From contig MHII01000012.1 in assembly GCA_001817425.1 (NCBI GenBank), forward strand, positions 77-64,076: a DNA stretch of 64,000 bases, in the 5' to 3' direction. Positions 56,077 through 64,000 of this stretch are shown here, in pieces. Below the pieces are notes generated by a model that searched no databases, was not told the origin of the DNA, and saw only the letters and a program-made list of their open reading frames with translations. Numbering within the stretch: position 1 is the stretch's first letter; each line of letters starts with the position of its first letter. The position numbers and the translations under genes are program-made. The DNA is from Candidatus Buchananbacteria bacterium RIFCSPHIGHO2_02_FULL_39_17 (lineage in GTDB: Bacteria > Patescibacteriota > Patescibacteriia > Buchananbacterales > UBA6539).

Positions 56077-56170
56077 AATTCGAATTTTGATTCAATATCT
56101 TAATATTTTAATTTTTAAAAATTCAGATATTCAAAATTGATTCAAAATTCAAAATTAAAAATTCAGATTT
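56061..56170. repeat. Heptamer inverted-repeat element (AATTTTG family) supplying the murC stop
   Basis: Resembles the reverse complement of 8797-8897. Confidence 0.75.
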
Positions 56171-56176
56171 TTACGT

Positions 56177-57145
56177 ATGCTATTCAAACTCAAAGAAAAA
56201 TTACCAGAGATCAAAGAAAATGAGCCATTAGTGCCGCATACGACTTATAAAATTGGCGGGCCAGCCAAGTATTTCTTTGAAGCAAAAAATAATTCAGATT
56301 TAATCAAAGCTTTACGGGCCGCTGATCAATTTAAATTAAAATATTTTGTTTTAGGCGGCGGCAGTAATATTTTATTTTCTGACAATGGTTTTGACGGGTT
56401 AGTGATTAAACAAAGTAACGATGATTTTGAAATTAAAGGCAATAAAATTTTTGCCGAATCCGGAGCTGATGTCCAAAAAGTGCTGATGGCCACCTTAGAC
56501 GCTGGTTTAATTGGCTGGAGCTGGGCTGGCGGTTTGCCTGGCACCATTGGCGGGGCGATTCGGGGCAATGCTGGCGCTTATGGCAAAGGTATGTCGGATA
56601 TTACTGAATCAACGGAACTTTATTATCAGGGAAAAGTCCAATTTTTTTCCCGTGAGCAAATGAAATTTTCTTACCGTCACAGCATTGCCAAAATTATTCC
56701 CTGTGTGCTCATTGCCGCAGTTTTGAAATTAGAAAAAGGTGATGTGATAAAAGATCGAGCGCAGGTTAAAGATTATATTGATTATCGAATTAGAACTCAG
56801 CCGCTTGATTGCCCTAATGTCGGCTGTATTTTTAAAAATATTGATTTAACTAAAATTCAAGTTGATAAAGAAAGAATTAAAAAAAAGTTAGATATCACAG
56901 AAGTTGAATGGCAAAAGGCGACTAAGTATAATAAACTGCCGGTTAGTTTTATTTTTGAAAAAATGAATTTAAAAGGCAAAACTATGGGCGGAGCGCAGGT
57001 TTCAGAAAAGCATGGGGCTTTTATCATTAATATCGGCAAAGCCAAAGCCGAACACGTAGTGATGTTAATGTCAGACTTAAAAATGCGAGTTAGAAATGAA
57101 TTGGGTATTGCTTTAGAAGAAGAAATTGAATTAGTCGGTTTTTAG
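56177..57145 (+). CDS. murB: UDP-N-acetylenolpyruvoylglucosamine reductase
   Basis: TTYKIGGPA, LGGGSNIL, GLPGTIGGA..GNAGAYG, GGAQVSEKH. Confidence 0.93.
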   Translation: MLFKLKEKLPEIKENEPLVPHTTYKIGGPAKYFFEAKNNSDLIKALRAADQFKLKYFVLGGGSNILFSDNGFDGLVIKQSNDDFEIKGNKIFAESGADVQKVLMATLDAGLIGWSWAGGLPGTIGGAIRGNAGAYGKGMSDITESTELYYQGKVQFFSREQMKFSYRHSIAKIIPCVLIAAVLKLEKGDVIKDRAQVKDYIDYRIRTQPLDCPNVGCIFKNIDLTKIQVDKERIKKKLDITEVEWQKATKYNKLPVSFIFEKMNLKGKTMGGAQVSEKHGAFIINIGKAKAEHVVMLMSDLKMRVRNELGIALEEEIELVGF

Positions 57146-57148
57146 TAG

Positions 57149-57291
57149 TATGCGAACCCGCCCAAGTTTTTTGTACAGCAAAAAATTTAGGCGGGTGAAT
57201 GCGCACATACGAATAATTTTATTGTATACGAATGGCGACACGCGAATAATTCGTAGGATTGGTAGATTCGCATATATTCGTAGATTCGTAT
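57149..57291. repeat. RCGAAT/ATTCGY inverted array with a nested hairpin (57156-57196)
   Basis: TGCGAA/TACGAAT/CGCGAAT facing ATTCGTA/ATTCGCA. Confidence 0.65.
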
Positions 57292-57306
57292 TATATATAA
57301 TTAGAT

Positions 57307-57338
57307 AAAAAAAGGTAACTCCTGATGAGTGAGTTACC
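57307..57338 (-). terminator. Intrinsic terminator of the response regulator gene
   Basis: GGTAACTC/GAGTTACC stem followed by a U-run on the minus strand. Confidence 0.7.
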
Positions 57339-57359
57339 ATTAATTTTCCGGCGGCCGCG

Positions 57360-58097
57360 TTAAGGCCTTTTACTTTTGGCGAGTGCTTTTTCAATCAATT
57401 CTACTAATTCAGCTTCAAATTGATGAATTTGGCAGACCCCAGCATAACCAGAAGCTATTAGATCAGTGTGGAAATTAACATCAGGATTATAGGTTAAGAC
57501 AAGAAAAGGAGCAGCCACCCTTTCATTATCCAATCTTTCTAAAAGTTGGTACAAATTGATATACTGGCTGTCATGAACAACCAGAATATCAGGTTTGACT
57601 TCCTTAGTCATTAGATCAATGCGATTATTTTCCACGACAATCGTTACCTGAAAACCAAAACTCTCTAGAAAACTGGGTAAGGTGTAACGCATCCAGCCAT
57701 CAGTGTTCACCAAGAGCACAGAGATTTTTTTCCGTCCCAAAATTTTTTTGACGGCCGGCAAAAACATCTGGTCGTAGGGAATTGGTTTGGCAATAACCTC
57801 AACAAACCCCAGTTGCCGAAATTTTTCGCGTTCGGCTTCATCGCCCAGTCCCGTCACTAAAATTACGGGAGTAGTTATTCCTTCCTTGCGCAGTCTTGCC
57901 AAAAGATCAGTGCCGCACATCTTAGGCATTTTTTGGTCTGTGATCACCAAAGCAAAAGGTTGAGTCTCTGCCTTTAATATTTTAAAGGTTTCTTGGCCAT
58001 CAGGGGCGGTGACGACCTCATATCCTGCCTGCTTTAATTGATTTTCTGTTAATTCTCTTAAAGCTGCATTATCGTCAACTAAAAGAATTCTGTCCAT
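57360..58097 (-). CDS. Response regulator with a canonical receiver and a degenerate second receiver domain
   Basis: ILLVDD, TD.KMP.M.G, ILVTG, KP; the second domain lacks key Asp/Lys; GGAGG RBS. Confidence 0.8.
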   Translation of the reverse strand: MDRILLVDDNAALRELTENQLKQAGYEVVTAPDGQETFKILKAETQPFALVITDQKMPKMCGTDLLARLRKEGITTPVILVTGLGDEAEREKFRQLGFVEVIAKPIPYDQMFLPAVKKILGRKKISVLLVNTDGWMRYTLPSFLESFGFQVTIVVENNRIDLMTKEVKPDILVVHDSQYINLYQLLERLDNERVAAPFLVLTYNPDVNFHTDLIASGYAGVCQIHQFEAELVELIEKALAKSKRP

Positions 58098-58143
58098 AGT
58101 TTTTCCTCCTAAGTCAAAGGACGAATTATTTTCTTAACTTAAT

Positions 58144-58172
58144 AATATAGCTTAATAATCAACTCTTGTCAA
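58144..58172 (-). promoter_or_regulatory. Putative sigma70 promoter
   Basis: TTGACA-17 bp-TATATT. Confidence 0.65.
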
Positions 58173-58221
58173 TATATTAAAAATTTTGTAAAATATTACC
58201 ACTATTTTGACTATTTAATTT

Positions 58222-60951
58222 ATGAAGTTATTTAATCTTATCCTCGGTAACCTTAATGAAAAATTAATCAAAGATTTAAAACAGCAAGTTTTGGTGATTA
58301 ATCATTTAGAAGAAAAAATTTCCGTTTTGACTGACGAACAATTAAAAGAAAAAACAACGTTTTTTAAGGAAGAATTAACCAAAGGAAAAACTTCAGATGA
58401 TATTTTGTCCGAGGCTTTCGCTTGCGTCCGGGAAGCTGCCAAGCGCACCATTGGTCAGCGCCATTATGATGTCCAGTTCTTGACGGGCATTGTTTTAAAC
58501 CAGGGCCAAATTGCCGAGCAAAAAACCGGCGAAGGAAAAACTCTTTCCGCCACTTTGCCGCTTTATTTAAACGCTTTGATTGGCAAAGGCTGCCATCTAG
58601 TGACGGTCAATGATTATCTCTCGCGGCGTGACTGCGGCTGGATGGGACCGGTTTATCATTTTTTAGGCTTAAGTTGTGGCGTCATTATCCATGAAACCGC
58701 TTTTTTATACGATCCAAGTTATAGTGACGAAAATGCCACGGACGAGAGGTTAATCCATTTACGGCCGGTTTCTAGAAAAGAGGCTTATCTGGCGGATATC
58801 ACTTATGGCACGAATAATGAATTTGGTTTTGATTATTTGCGCGATAATATGGTTTCAAGCTTAGACCAAATGGTTCAGCGCGATCTGCATTACGCTATTG
58901 TTGATGAGGTTGACAGTATTTTGATTGATGAGGCGAGAACGCCTTTAATCATTTCGGCACCGGATATGGATTCCACTGATAAATATTATCAGTTTGCCAA
59001 ATTAGTGACGCAATTAAAAGAAAATGAAGATTATAATATTGATGAAAAAATGCAGGCCGCGACTTTGACCGAAAACGGCATTACCAAAATGGAGAAATGG
59101 TTAGGGGTGGAAAATATTTATACGGAAGGCGGCATTAGCGAAGTTCATCATCTTGAGCAGGCTTTACGCGCCCAGACTTTATTTAAGCGCGATCGTGATT
59201 ATGTGGTGAAAGACGGTGAAGTGATTATTGTTGACGAATTTACGGGGCGGATGATGTTTGGCCGGCGCTACAGCGAAGGTCTGCATCAGGCAATTGAAGC
59301 CAAAGAGGGCGTCCAGATTCAGCGTGAAAGCCGGACTTTGGCGACGATTACTTTTCAAAATTATTTTCGTTTGTATCACAAATTAGCCGGTATGACCGGT
59401 ACGGCCGCCACCGAGTCCGAAGAATTTTCCAAAATTTATAATTTAGACGTTACCGTTATCCCCACCCATCAGCCAATGGTCAGGCAGGATTTGGCGGACC
59501 GGATTTATAAAAATCAAGAAGCAAAGTTTCAGGCGGTTGTCCAAGAAGTGAAAGAGCGTCACCAAAAAGGCCAGCCAGTTTTAGTTGGCACAATTTCTAT
59601 TGAAAAAAATGAATTGATCGCGGCTATGCTTAAGCGTGAAGGCGTGGAACTCCAAGTTTTAAACGCGAAATTTCACGAAAAAGAGGCGCAAATTATTGCT
59701 CAAGCCGGCCAGTTTGGCGCGGTGACGGTGGCCACGAATATGGCCGGACGCGGGGTGGACATTAAATTGGGCGGTGACCCATTTGACGAAAAAGAAGAAA
59801 AAAAAGTTAAAGAGGCTGGCGGTCTTTTGATTTTAGGCACCGAGCGTCATGAATCGCGCCGGATTGACAATCAATTGCGCGGTCGAGCCGGACGGCAAGG
59901 GGACCCTGGGGCGTCGCAATTTTATGTTTCTTTAGATGATGATTTAATGCGGATTTTTGGTGGTAGCCGGATTAAAGGAGTGATGGAACGTTTAGGCGTG
60001 CCGGATGAGATGCCGATTGAAAATAAAATGGTTTCGCATTCACTTGAGTCAGCCCAAAAAAAAGTGGAAGGTTTTCATTTTGATACCCGTAAGCATTTAG
60101 TGGAGTATGATGACGTTTTAAACAAACACCGGGAAACGATTTATAAAAAACGACGGGATATTTTAACCGGCGAAAATCTTAAAGAACAAATTTTAAAACT
60201 AATCAGAGAAGAGATTTCCGAAGTGGTTAATTTCCACACTCAAGCTGGCGACGAGACGACTTGGAATATGGAGGAGATTTACGAAGTGACCAATACGATT
60301 TTTCCGGTTACTTCCGGCGTGCGGCTGAAATTAAATGAAATTCAAGAAGAGGCGGGAAATTTATTGGCCGATCAAAGCAGCCGCGGCCGATTGATTAATT
60401 ATTTATATAAATTAGCCGTTGTCAGTTATAATTATTTAGAAGAACAAATTAGTCAGGTCTTAGGCCAAAAAGAAGCGATGAGAAATGTAGAAAAGGGGAT
60501 GATGATTCGCAGTATTGATATGTTGTGGATTGAACATTTGGAAGCCCTAGATCATCTGCGCGCCGGTATTGGTTTGCGCGGTTATGGCCAAAGGGATCCT
60601 TTAATTGAATACAAAAAAGAAGCCTTTGGGCTTTTTAAGGAATTATTAGTGATGATTAGAAAACAGGTGGTTTATAGTATTTATAAAGTCGGCGTGGCGA
60701 CTAAAGTCGCGCCGTCAATGATGGAGCAGATTCCGGGCTTAACTTTTTCCGCGCCGGCGAAAACCATGGAAAAAGATTCTTCACCAATTTTATCGGCGGC
60801 TAATGGCAAAACGCCGCAACAACGCGAAGTTGAGTCGCGCCAAGCCGGGCTGATTAATGACCAGTCCCATTACCACGGCCAAAAAGTCGGCCGCAATGAC
60901 CCCTGCCCGTGCGGTTCGGGACGTAAATTTAAGAAATGCCATGGAAAATAA
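58222..60951 (+). CDS. secA: Protein translocase SecA
   Basis: TGEGKT, DEVDSILIDEARTPL, TNMAGRG.DI, RIDNQLRGR.GRQGD, SEC-C motif CPCGSG.KFKKCH. Confidence 0.98.
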   Translation: MKLFNLILGNLNEKLIKDLKQQVLVINHLEEKISVLTDEQLKEKTTFFKEELTKGKTSDDILSEAFACVREAAKRTIGQRHYDVQFLTGIVLNQGQIAEQKTGEGKTLSATLPLYLNALIGKGCHLVTVNDYLSRRDCGWMGPVYHFLGLSCGVIIHETAFLYDPSYSDENATDERLIHLRPVSRKEAYLADITYGTNNEFGFDYLRDNMVSSLDQMVQRDLHYAIVDEVDSILIDEARTPLIISAPDMDSTDKYYQFAKLVTQLKENEDYNIDEKMQAATLTENGITKMEKWLGVENIYTEGGISEVHHLEQALRAQTLFKRDRDYVVKDGEVIIVDEFTGRMMFGRRYSEGLHQAIEAKEGVQIQRESRTLATITFQNYFRLYHKLAGMTGTAATESEEFSKIYNLDVTVIPTHQPMVRQDLADRIYKNQEAKFQAVVQEVKERHQKGQPVLVGTISIEKNELIAAMLKREGVELQVLNAKFHEKEAQIIAQAGQFGAVTVATNMAGRGVDIKLGGDPFDEKEEKKVKEAGGLLILGTERHESRRIDNQLRGRAGRQGDPGASQFYVSLDDDLMRIFGGSRIKGVMERLGVPDEMPIENKMVSHSLESAQKKVEGFHFDTRKHLVEYDDVLNKHRETIYKKRRDILTGENLKEQILKLIREEISEVVNFHTQAGDETTWNMEEIYEVTNTIFPVTSGVRLKLNEIQEEAGNLLADQSSRGRLINYLYKLAVVSYNYLEEQISQVLGQKEAMRNVEKGMMIRSIDMLWIEHLEALDHLRAGIGLRGYGQRDPLIEYKKEAFGLFKELLVMIRKQVVYSIYKVGVATKVAPSMMEQIPGLTFSAPAKTMEKDSSPILSAANGKTPQQREVESRQAGLINDQSHYHGQKVGRNDPCPCGSGRKFKKCHGK

Positions 60952-60952
60952 T

Positions 60953-61249
60953 ATGGAAAATTTAGAAGAGAGAATCCAAAAAATTGAAGAGCGCAATCTG
61001 CGGGTGGAAGCCGATAAAACTTGGGAACAGAGCTGGACACGACGCGCTTTATTAGCGATTTTTAGCTATGTTGCCGTTGGGGCATATCTTCAGGCGATTC
61101 AAATCCCGCGGCCGTGGATTAACGCCATTGTGCCAGCCGCGGCGTTTATGATTCAGACCTTAACCTTGCCGTTTTTCAAAAAACTTTGGCTAAAATTTTT
61201 TTCTAAAAATGATTTTTTAAATCCCCCTCTTAAAGGTAAGAGGGGTTAG
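60953..61249 (+). CDS. Hypothetical small membrane protein; C-terminus reads into a palindromic arm
   Basis: IEERN.RVEADK.WE.SWTRR followed by 2 TM. Confidence 0.7.
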   Translation: MENLEERIQKIEERNLRVEADKTWEQSWTRRALLAIFSYVAVGAYLQAIQIPRPWINAIVPAAAFMIQTLTLPFFKKLWLKFFSKNDFLNPPLKGKRG

Positions 61250-61658
61250 GGGAGTTATGAAGTATAATTATCATTATAATAACCATAAATTAAAAACTTT
61301 AAGACGAAACTTACGACAGAACCAAACTGATGCCAAAAAATTAATTTGGTCAAAACTTAGGAATAAACAATTAAATGATTTGAAATTTTATAGACAATAC
61401 AGTATTGGCTCGTATATTTTAGATTTTTATTGTCCTAAAAAGAGATTAGCGATAGAGATTGACGGCGGACAGCATAACGAAACAATTAATCTAAAAAAAG
61501 ATAATGTGCGATCAGAATATTTAAAACATCAGGACGTTAAGGTTATAAGATTTTAGAATAATGATATTATAAATAATTTAGAAGGAGTATTTGAAAAAAT
61601 TAAAGAAGCAGTATCGTTAATAACCCCCTCCATCTCCCCCTTATATTAAGGGGGAGAA
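61224..61658 (+). mobile_element. DUF559 cassette bounded by palindromic arms
   Basis: Left CCCCTCTTA-AAGG-TAAGAGGGG..GGGGAGTTATGA; right ATAACCCC..CTCCCCCTTA-TAT-TAAGGGGGAGA. Confidence 0.75.
61257..61649 (+). pseudogene. DUF559/Vsr-like endonuclease with a premature TAG
   Basis: LR..QT.A...W..LR, KF.RQ, YILDFYC, IEIDGGQH, RF*NNDI..NLEGV (TAG where the family usually has Trp). Confidence 0.85.
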
Positions 61659-61717
61659 TAATAATAGGCGGCAAAATATTTTAATTTTGAAATTTAATAT
61701 TGAACAAATCTAAATTT

Positions 61718-62452
61718 ATGGAAAATATCATTAAAGTCAAAAATGTGGAAATCGGCAAAGGTTTTGTCGTCATGGCCGGGCCCTGCGCCATTGAATCTTT
61801 GGCACAATTGGAAAAAACCGCGGAACTAATTAAAAAAAATACCCAGATCTTGCGCGGCGGGGCTTATAAGCCGCGGACTAAACCAAGTAGTTTTCAGGGA
61901 CTTAAAGAAGAAGGCTTGAAATTATTAAAGCAAGTCGGCGATAGATTGAATCTGCCGACCATAACAGAAATTTTAGATCCGCGGGAAGTAGCGTTAGTTG
62001 CAAGTTTTGTTGATATATTTCAAGTGGGCACCCGCAATATGGCAAATTACGCGTTATTAAAAGAAATCGGCAAAAGCGGCAAGCCCGTAATGTTAAAACG
62101 GGGAATGTCGGCAACAATTAACGAATGGCTTTCCGCCGCGGAATACATTTTTGCCGAAGGCAATCAACAAGTGATTTTGTGCGAGCGGGGGATAAGAACT
62201 TTTATGACCGAAACCCGTTTTACTTTGGATTTGGCCGGGGCGATGCTCGCGAAACAAAAATCCGGTTTGCCGGTTATTATTGATCCATCGCATGCCACCG
62301 GTATTCCAGCTTTAATTCCACCCATGGTCAAGGCGGCCAAAGCCGCGGGTTTTGATGGGATTATGGTGGAAGTTCATTATAATCCGAGTCAGGCCAAATG
62401 CGACGCCGAGCAAGCTCTGACACCCGACCAATTTAATGAAATGTTTCAATAA
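61718..62452 (+). CDS. aroF: Class I-beta DAHP synthase lacking a regulatory domain
   Basis: AGPCAIES, RGGAYKPRT, G.RNM.N..LL, LKRG, LCERGIRTF, DPSHATG, EVH. Confidence 0.85.
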   Translation: MENIIKVKNVEIGKGFVVMAGPCAIESLAQLEKTAELIKKNTQILRGGAYKPRTKPSSFQGLKEEGLKLLKQVGDRLNLPTITEILDPREVALVASFVDIFQVGTRNMANYALLKEIGKSGKPVMLKRGMSATINEWLSAAEYIFAEGNQQVILCERGIRTFMTETRFTLDLAGAMLAKQKSGLPVIIDPSHATGIPALIPPMVKAAKAAGFDGIMVEVHYNPSQAKCDAEQALTPDQFNEMFQ

Positions 62453-62465
62453 TTTTTTTTAGCCA

Positions 62466-62494
62466 TTGACATTTAATTAATGTTTTGATATATT
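62466..62494 (+). promoter_or_regulatory. Putative sigma70 promoter
   Basis: TTGACA-17 bp-TATATT with TG extension. Confidence 0.65.
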
Positions 62495-62623
62495 TATTTT
62501 ACAGTTTTAGAATAAATGAGATGGGATTGGAAAAACTTGGATTTCCGGCAATGCAAACATTAGTCATTACTTTATTTTATTCAATTTTTCTTCTAGTTTG
62601 GATTTTGCTTTTAATTTATAGTA

Positions 62624-62830
62624 TTGGACAATTTTGGAGATAAAAAAGGAGAAAATGACAATGAAGAATGCTATTCTCTCATTTGTCCCTTATGCACCTT
62701 GGATCAGAGAATTCACATCAAAAATGTCCAGAAGACAAAGTTTGTTTTTTGGGTAATGCATATTTTGATGTCATTCTCATGGGTACTAATCGCTATTGCG
62801 GTTATATCCGCCGTAGTTTACGGCATTTGA
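62624..62830 (+). CDS. Possible small membrane protein or fragment
   Basis: Hydrophobic C-terminus; lies between a promoter and a hairpin; start uncertain. Confidence 0.3.
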   Translation: MDNFGDKKGENDNEECYSLICPLCTLDQRIHIKNVQKTKFVFWVMHILMSFSWVLIAIAVISAVVYGI

Positions 62831-62872
62831 CCAAGATAATCTGCTCTTGTTCAATAAGTTAGGGCAGATTTA

Positions 62873-62902
62873 CCACATCAAAAGATTTGGTGCGGCTTTT
62901 TT
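62873..62902 (+). terminator. Hairpin plus U-run resembling a decayed CCGCAC..GTGCGG element
   Basis: CCACATCAAA-AGA-TTTGGTGCGG then CTTTTTT. Confidence 0.45.
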
Positions 62903-62958
62903 ATTTTATAAAAAAATGATAGGATATATTAGCAATTTAATTTCCTAACTTCTAAATC

Positions 62959-63948
62959 ATGCCTGAATTACCGGAAGTGGAAACTCTACGCCGCGAATTA
63001 AATTCAGCGATTAAAGGTAAAACCATTAAATCAGCAGAAATCAAATGGCCGAAAATGGTTAAGCCATTAACGCCGCTTGAGTTTGCCAAAAAAATAAAAG
63101 GCAAAAAAATCACGGCTATTAATCGCCGCGCCAAGGTTTTGATTTTATTTTTATCTGATGGTAATTTTTTACTCATCCATTTGAAACTCACAGGCCAACT
63201 CATTTATCAACCTAAAAAGCTACAAGCTATCCCGACGTTGCCGATGCGAAGATCGGCATTCCGACTTTACGTCGGAACAAGTCGGGATCCCGACCGAAGC
63301 GTCGGGACAAGCTATAAGCTAATCATCGGTGGTCACCCGCTTCCGCTTCGCTTCAGCGAGGCGAGTCCGCAAAAAGGCGGCACCGAAAATCTGCCCAATA
63401 AATTTACTCATATTATTATTACTTTTAACGATAGTTCAAAATTATTTTTTAATGATTTGCGAAAATTTGGCTGGATGCGGATAGTTAATAAGTTAGAAGT
63501 TGATAAGTTGTTAAGTGAGTACGGGGTTGAGCCTTTGACAAAAGAATTTAATTTGAAAAAATTTAAAGAAATATTAAAGAGATATCCGAACCGGAAAATT
63601 AAGCAGATTTTAATGGACCAAAGTTTAATCGCCGGGATTGGCAATATTTATTGCGACGAAAGTTGTTTTGGCGCGAAAATCTTGCCCACCAGAATCATTC
63701 AAACTTTAAAGGAAGAAGAAATTAAATTACTTTATCGCTGTATCCCAAAACTTTTAAAATTTGCCATTTCAAAAAAAGGTACATCAGCCAATACTTATAT
63801 CCAGCTTGACGGTAAGCCAGGCGGTATGGAGCCATATTTAAAAGTTTACGCTCGAAAAGGGGAGAAGTGCAAAAGGTGCGCCGGTGAAATTAAGAGAATT
63901 AAATTAAACGGCCGCGGCACTCATTTTTGTCCAAATTGCCAAAAATAA
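62959..63948 (+). CDS. mutM: Formamidopyrimidine-DNA glycosylase with in-frame insertions
   Basis: MPELPEVET, RRAK, HLKLTG, D.RKFG, IAGIGNIY.DE, C-terminal zinc finger. Confidence 0.95.
   Translation: MPELPEVETLRRELNSAIKGKTIKSAEIKWPKMVKPLTPLEFAKKIKGKKITAINRRAKVLILFLSDGNFLLIHLKLTGQLIYQPKKLQAIPTLPMRRSAFRLYVGTSRDPDRSVGTSYKLIIGGHPLPLRFSEASPQKGGTENLPNKFTHIIITFNDSSKLFFNDLRKFGWMRIVNKLEVDKLLSEYGVEPLTKEFNLKKFKEILKRYPNRKIKQILMDQSLIAGIGNIYCDESCFGAKILPTRIIQTLKEEEIKLLYRCIPKLLKFAISKKGTSANTYIQLDGKPGGMEPYLKVYARKGEKCKRCAGEIKRIKLNGRGTHFCPNCQK
63230..63307. mobile_element. 78-bp insertion: one 39-bp element inside another
   Basis: Outer copy matches murD 50022-50060; inner inverted copy at 63239-63277. Confidence 0.85.
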
Positions 63949-63972
63949 AAAGGCTTAATATTTTAAGCCTTT
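63949..63972 (+). terminator. Hairpin after mutM
   Basis: AAAGGCTTAA-TATT-TTAAGCCTTT. Confidence 0.6.
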
Positions 63973-64000
63973 GGATAAAGAACGTTATAGGTTTTGATTA

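Noticed and set aside
57322-57329. Hammerhead ribozyme core CTGATGAG
   Set aside because: No stem II or GAAA follows; the motif is the loop of a terminator hairpin.
9744-61556. Stop-codon reassignment explaining the in-frame stops in hicA (TAA) and DUF559 (TAG)
   Set aside because: Two different codons are involved, conserved genes have no internal stops, and TAA, TAG and TGA all terminate normal genes here.
395-63644. Short overlapping or antisense ORFs in the track (e.g. 395-583, 6251-6535, 30322-30546, 34351-34554, 52635-53015, 57131-57394, 63408-63644)
   Set aside because: Shadows of real genes or translations of repeats, with no recognisable motifs.
1-64000. CRISPR array
   Set aside because: No run of constant 23-47-bp repeats with unique spacers and no cas genes; the repeats here are short tandem or palindromic.

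Overview
AT-rich bacterial chromosome segment using the standard genetic code. Gene content, sparse Shine-Dalgarno sites and the type IV pilus plus cell-wall genes suggest Patescibacteria/CPR (inference). Ordinary content: a surface-glycosylation locus (O-antigen-ligase/TPR protein, S8 protease, GtrA, GT2/GT4/GT-C transferases, an AftA-like transferase, rmlABCD), murA, ctpA, a split PEP-utilising/MtxX-like cassette, acyP-rplI-pyrG, rpmA, a type IV pilus operon, a mraY-murD-ftsW-murG-murC-murB cluster interrupted by a type IIG restriction-modification gene, an NYN nuclease and a patatin, then secA, DAHP synthase and mutM. The unexpected signal is many families of very small palindromic or 7-9-mer-repeat insertions, found between genes, in frame inside essential genes (four in murD, two sites in mutM) and nested in each other. 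Highlights: (1) an inverted-repeat element at the G|FT prepilin cleavage codons of three consecutive minor pilins; (2) a 39-bp double hairpin inserted into a copy of itself; (3) a DUF559 nuclease gene with palindromic arms plus empty copies of the same arms; (4) 116-bp inverted repeats bracketing rmlA; (5) a probable antisense sRNA over the 3' end of the NYN gene. Three loci absent or truncated in the ORF track were reconstructed by hand: a FimT-like pilin, a hicA pseudogene and a MazG-like gene broken by an insertion. No rRNA, tRNA, CRISPR array, transposase or recombinase was seen.
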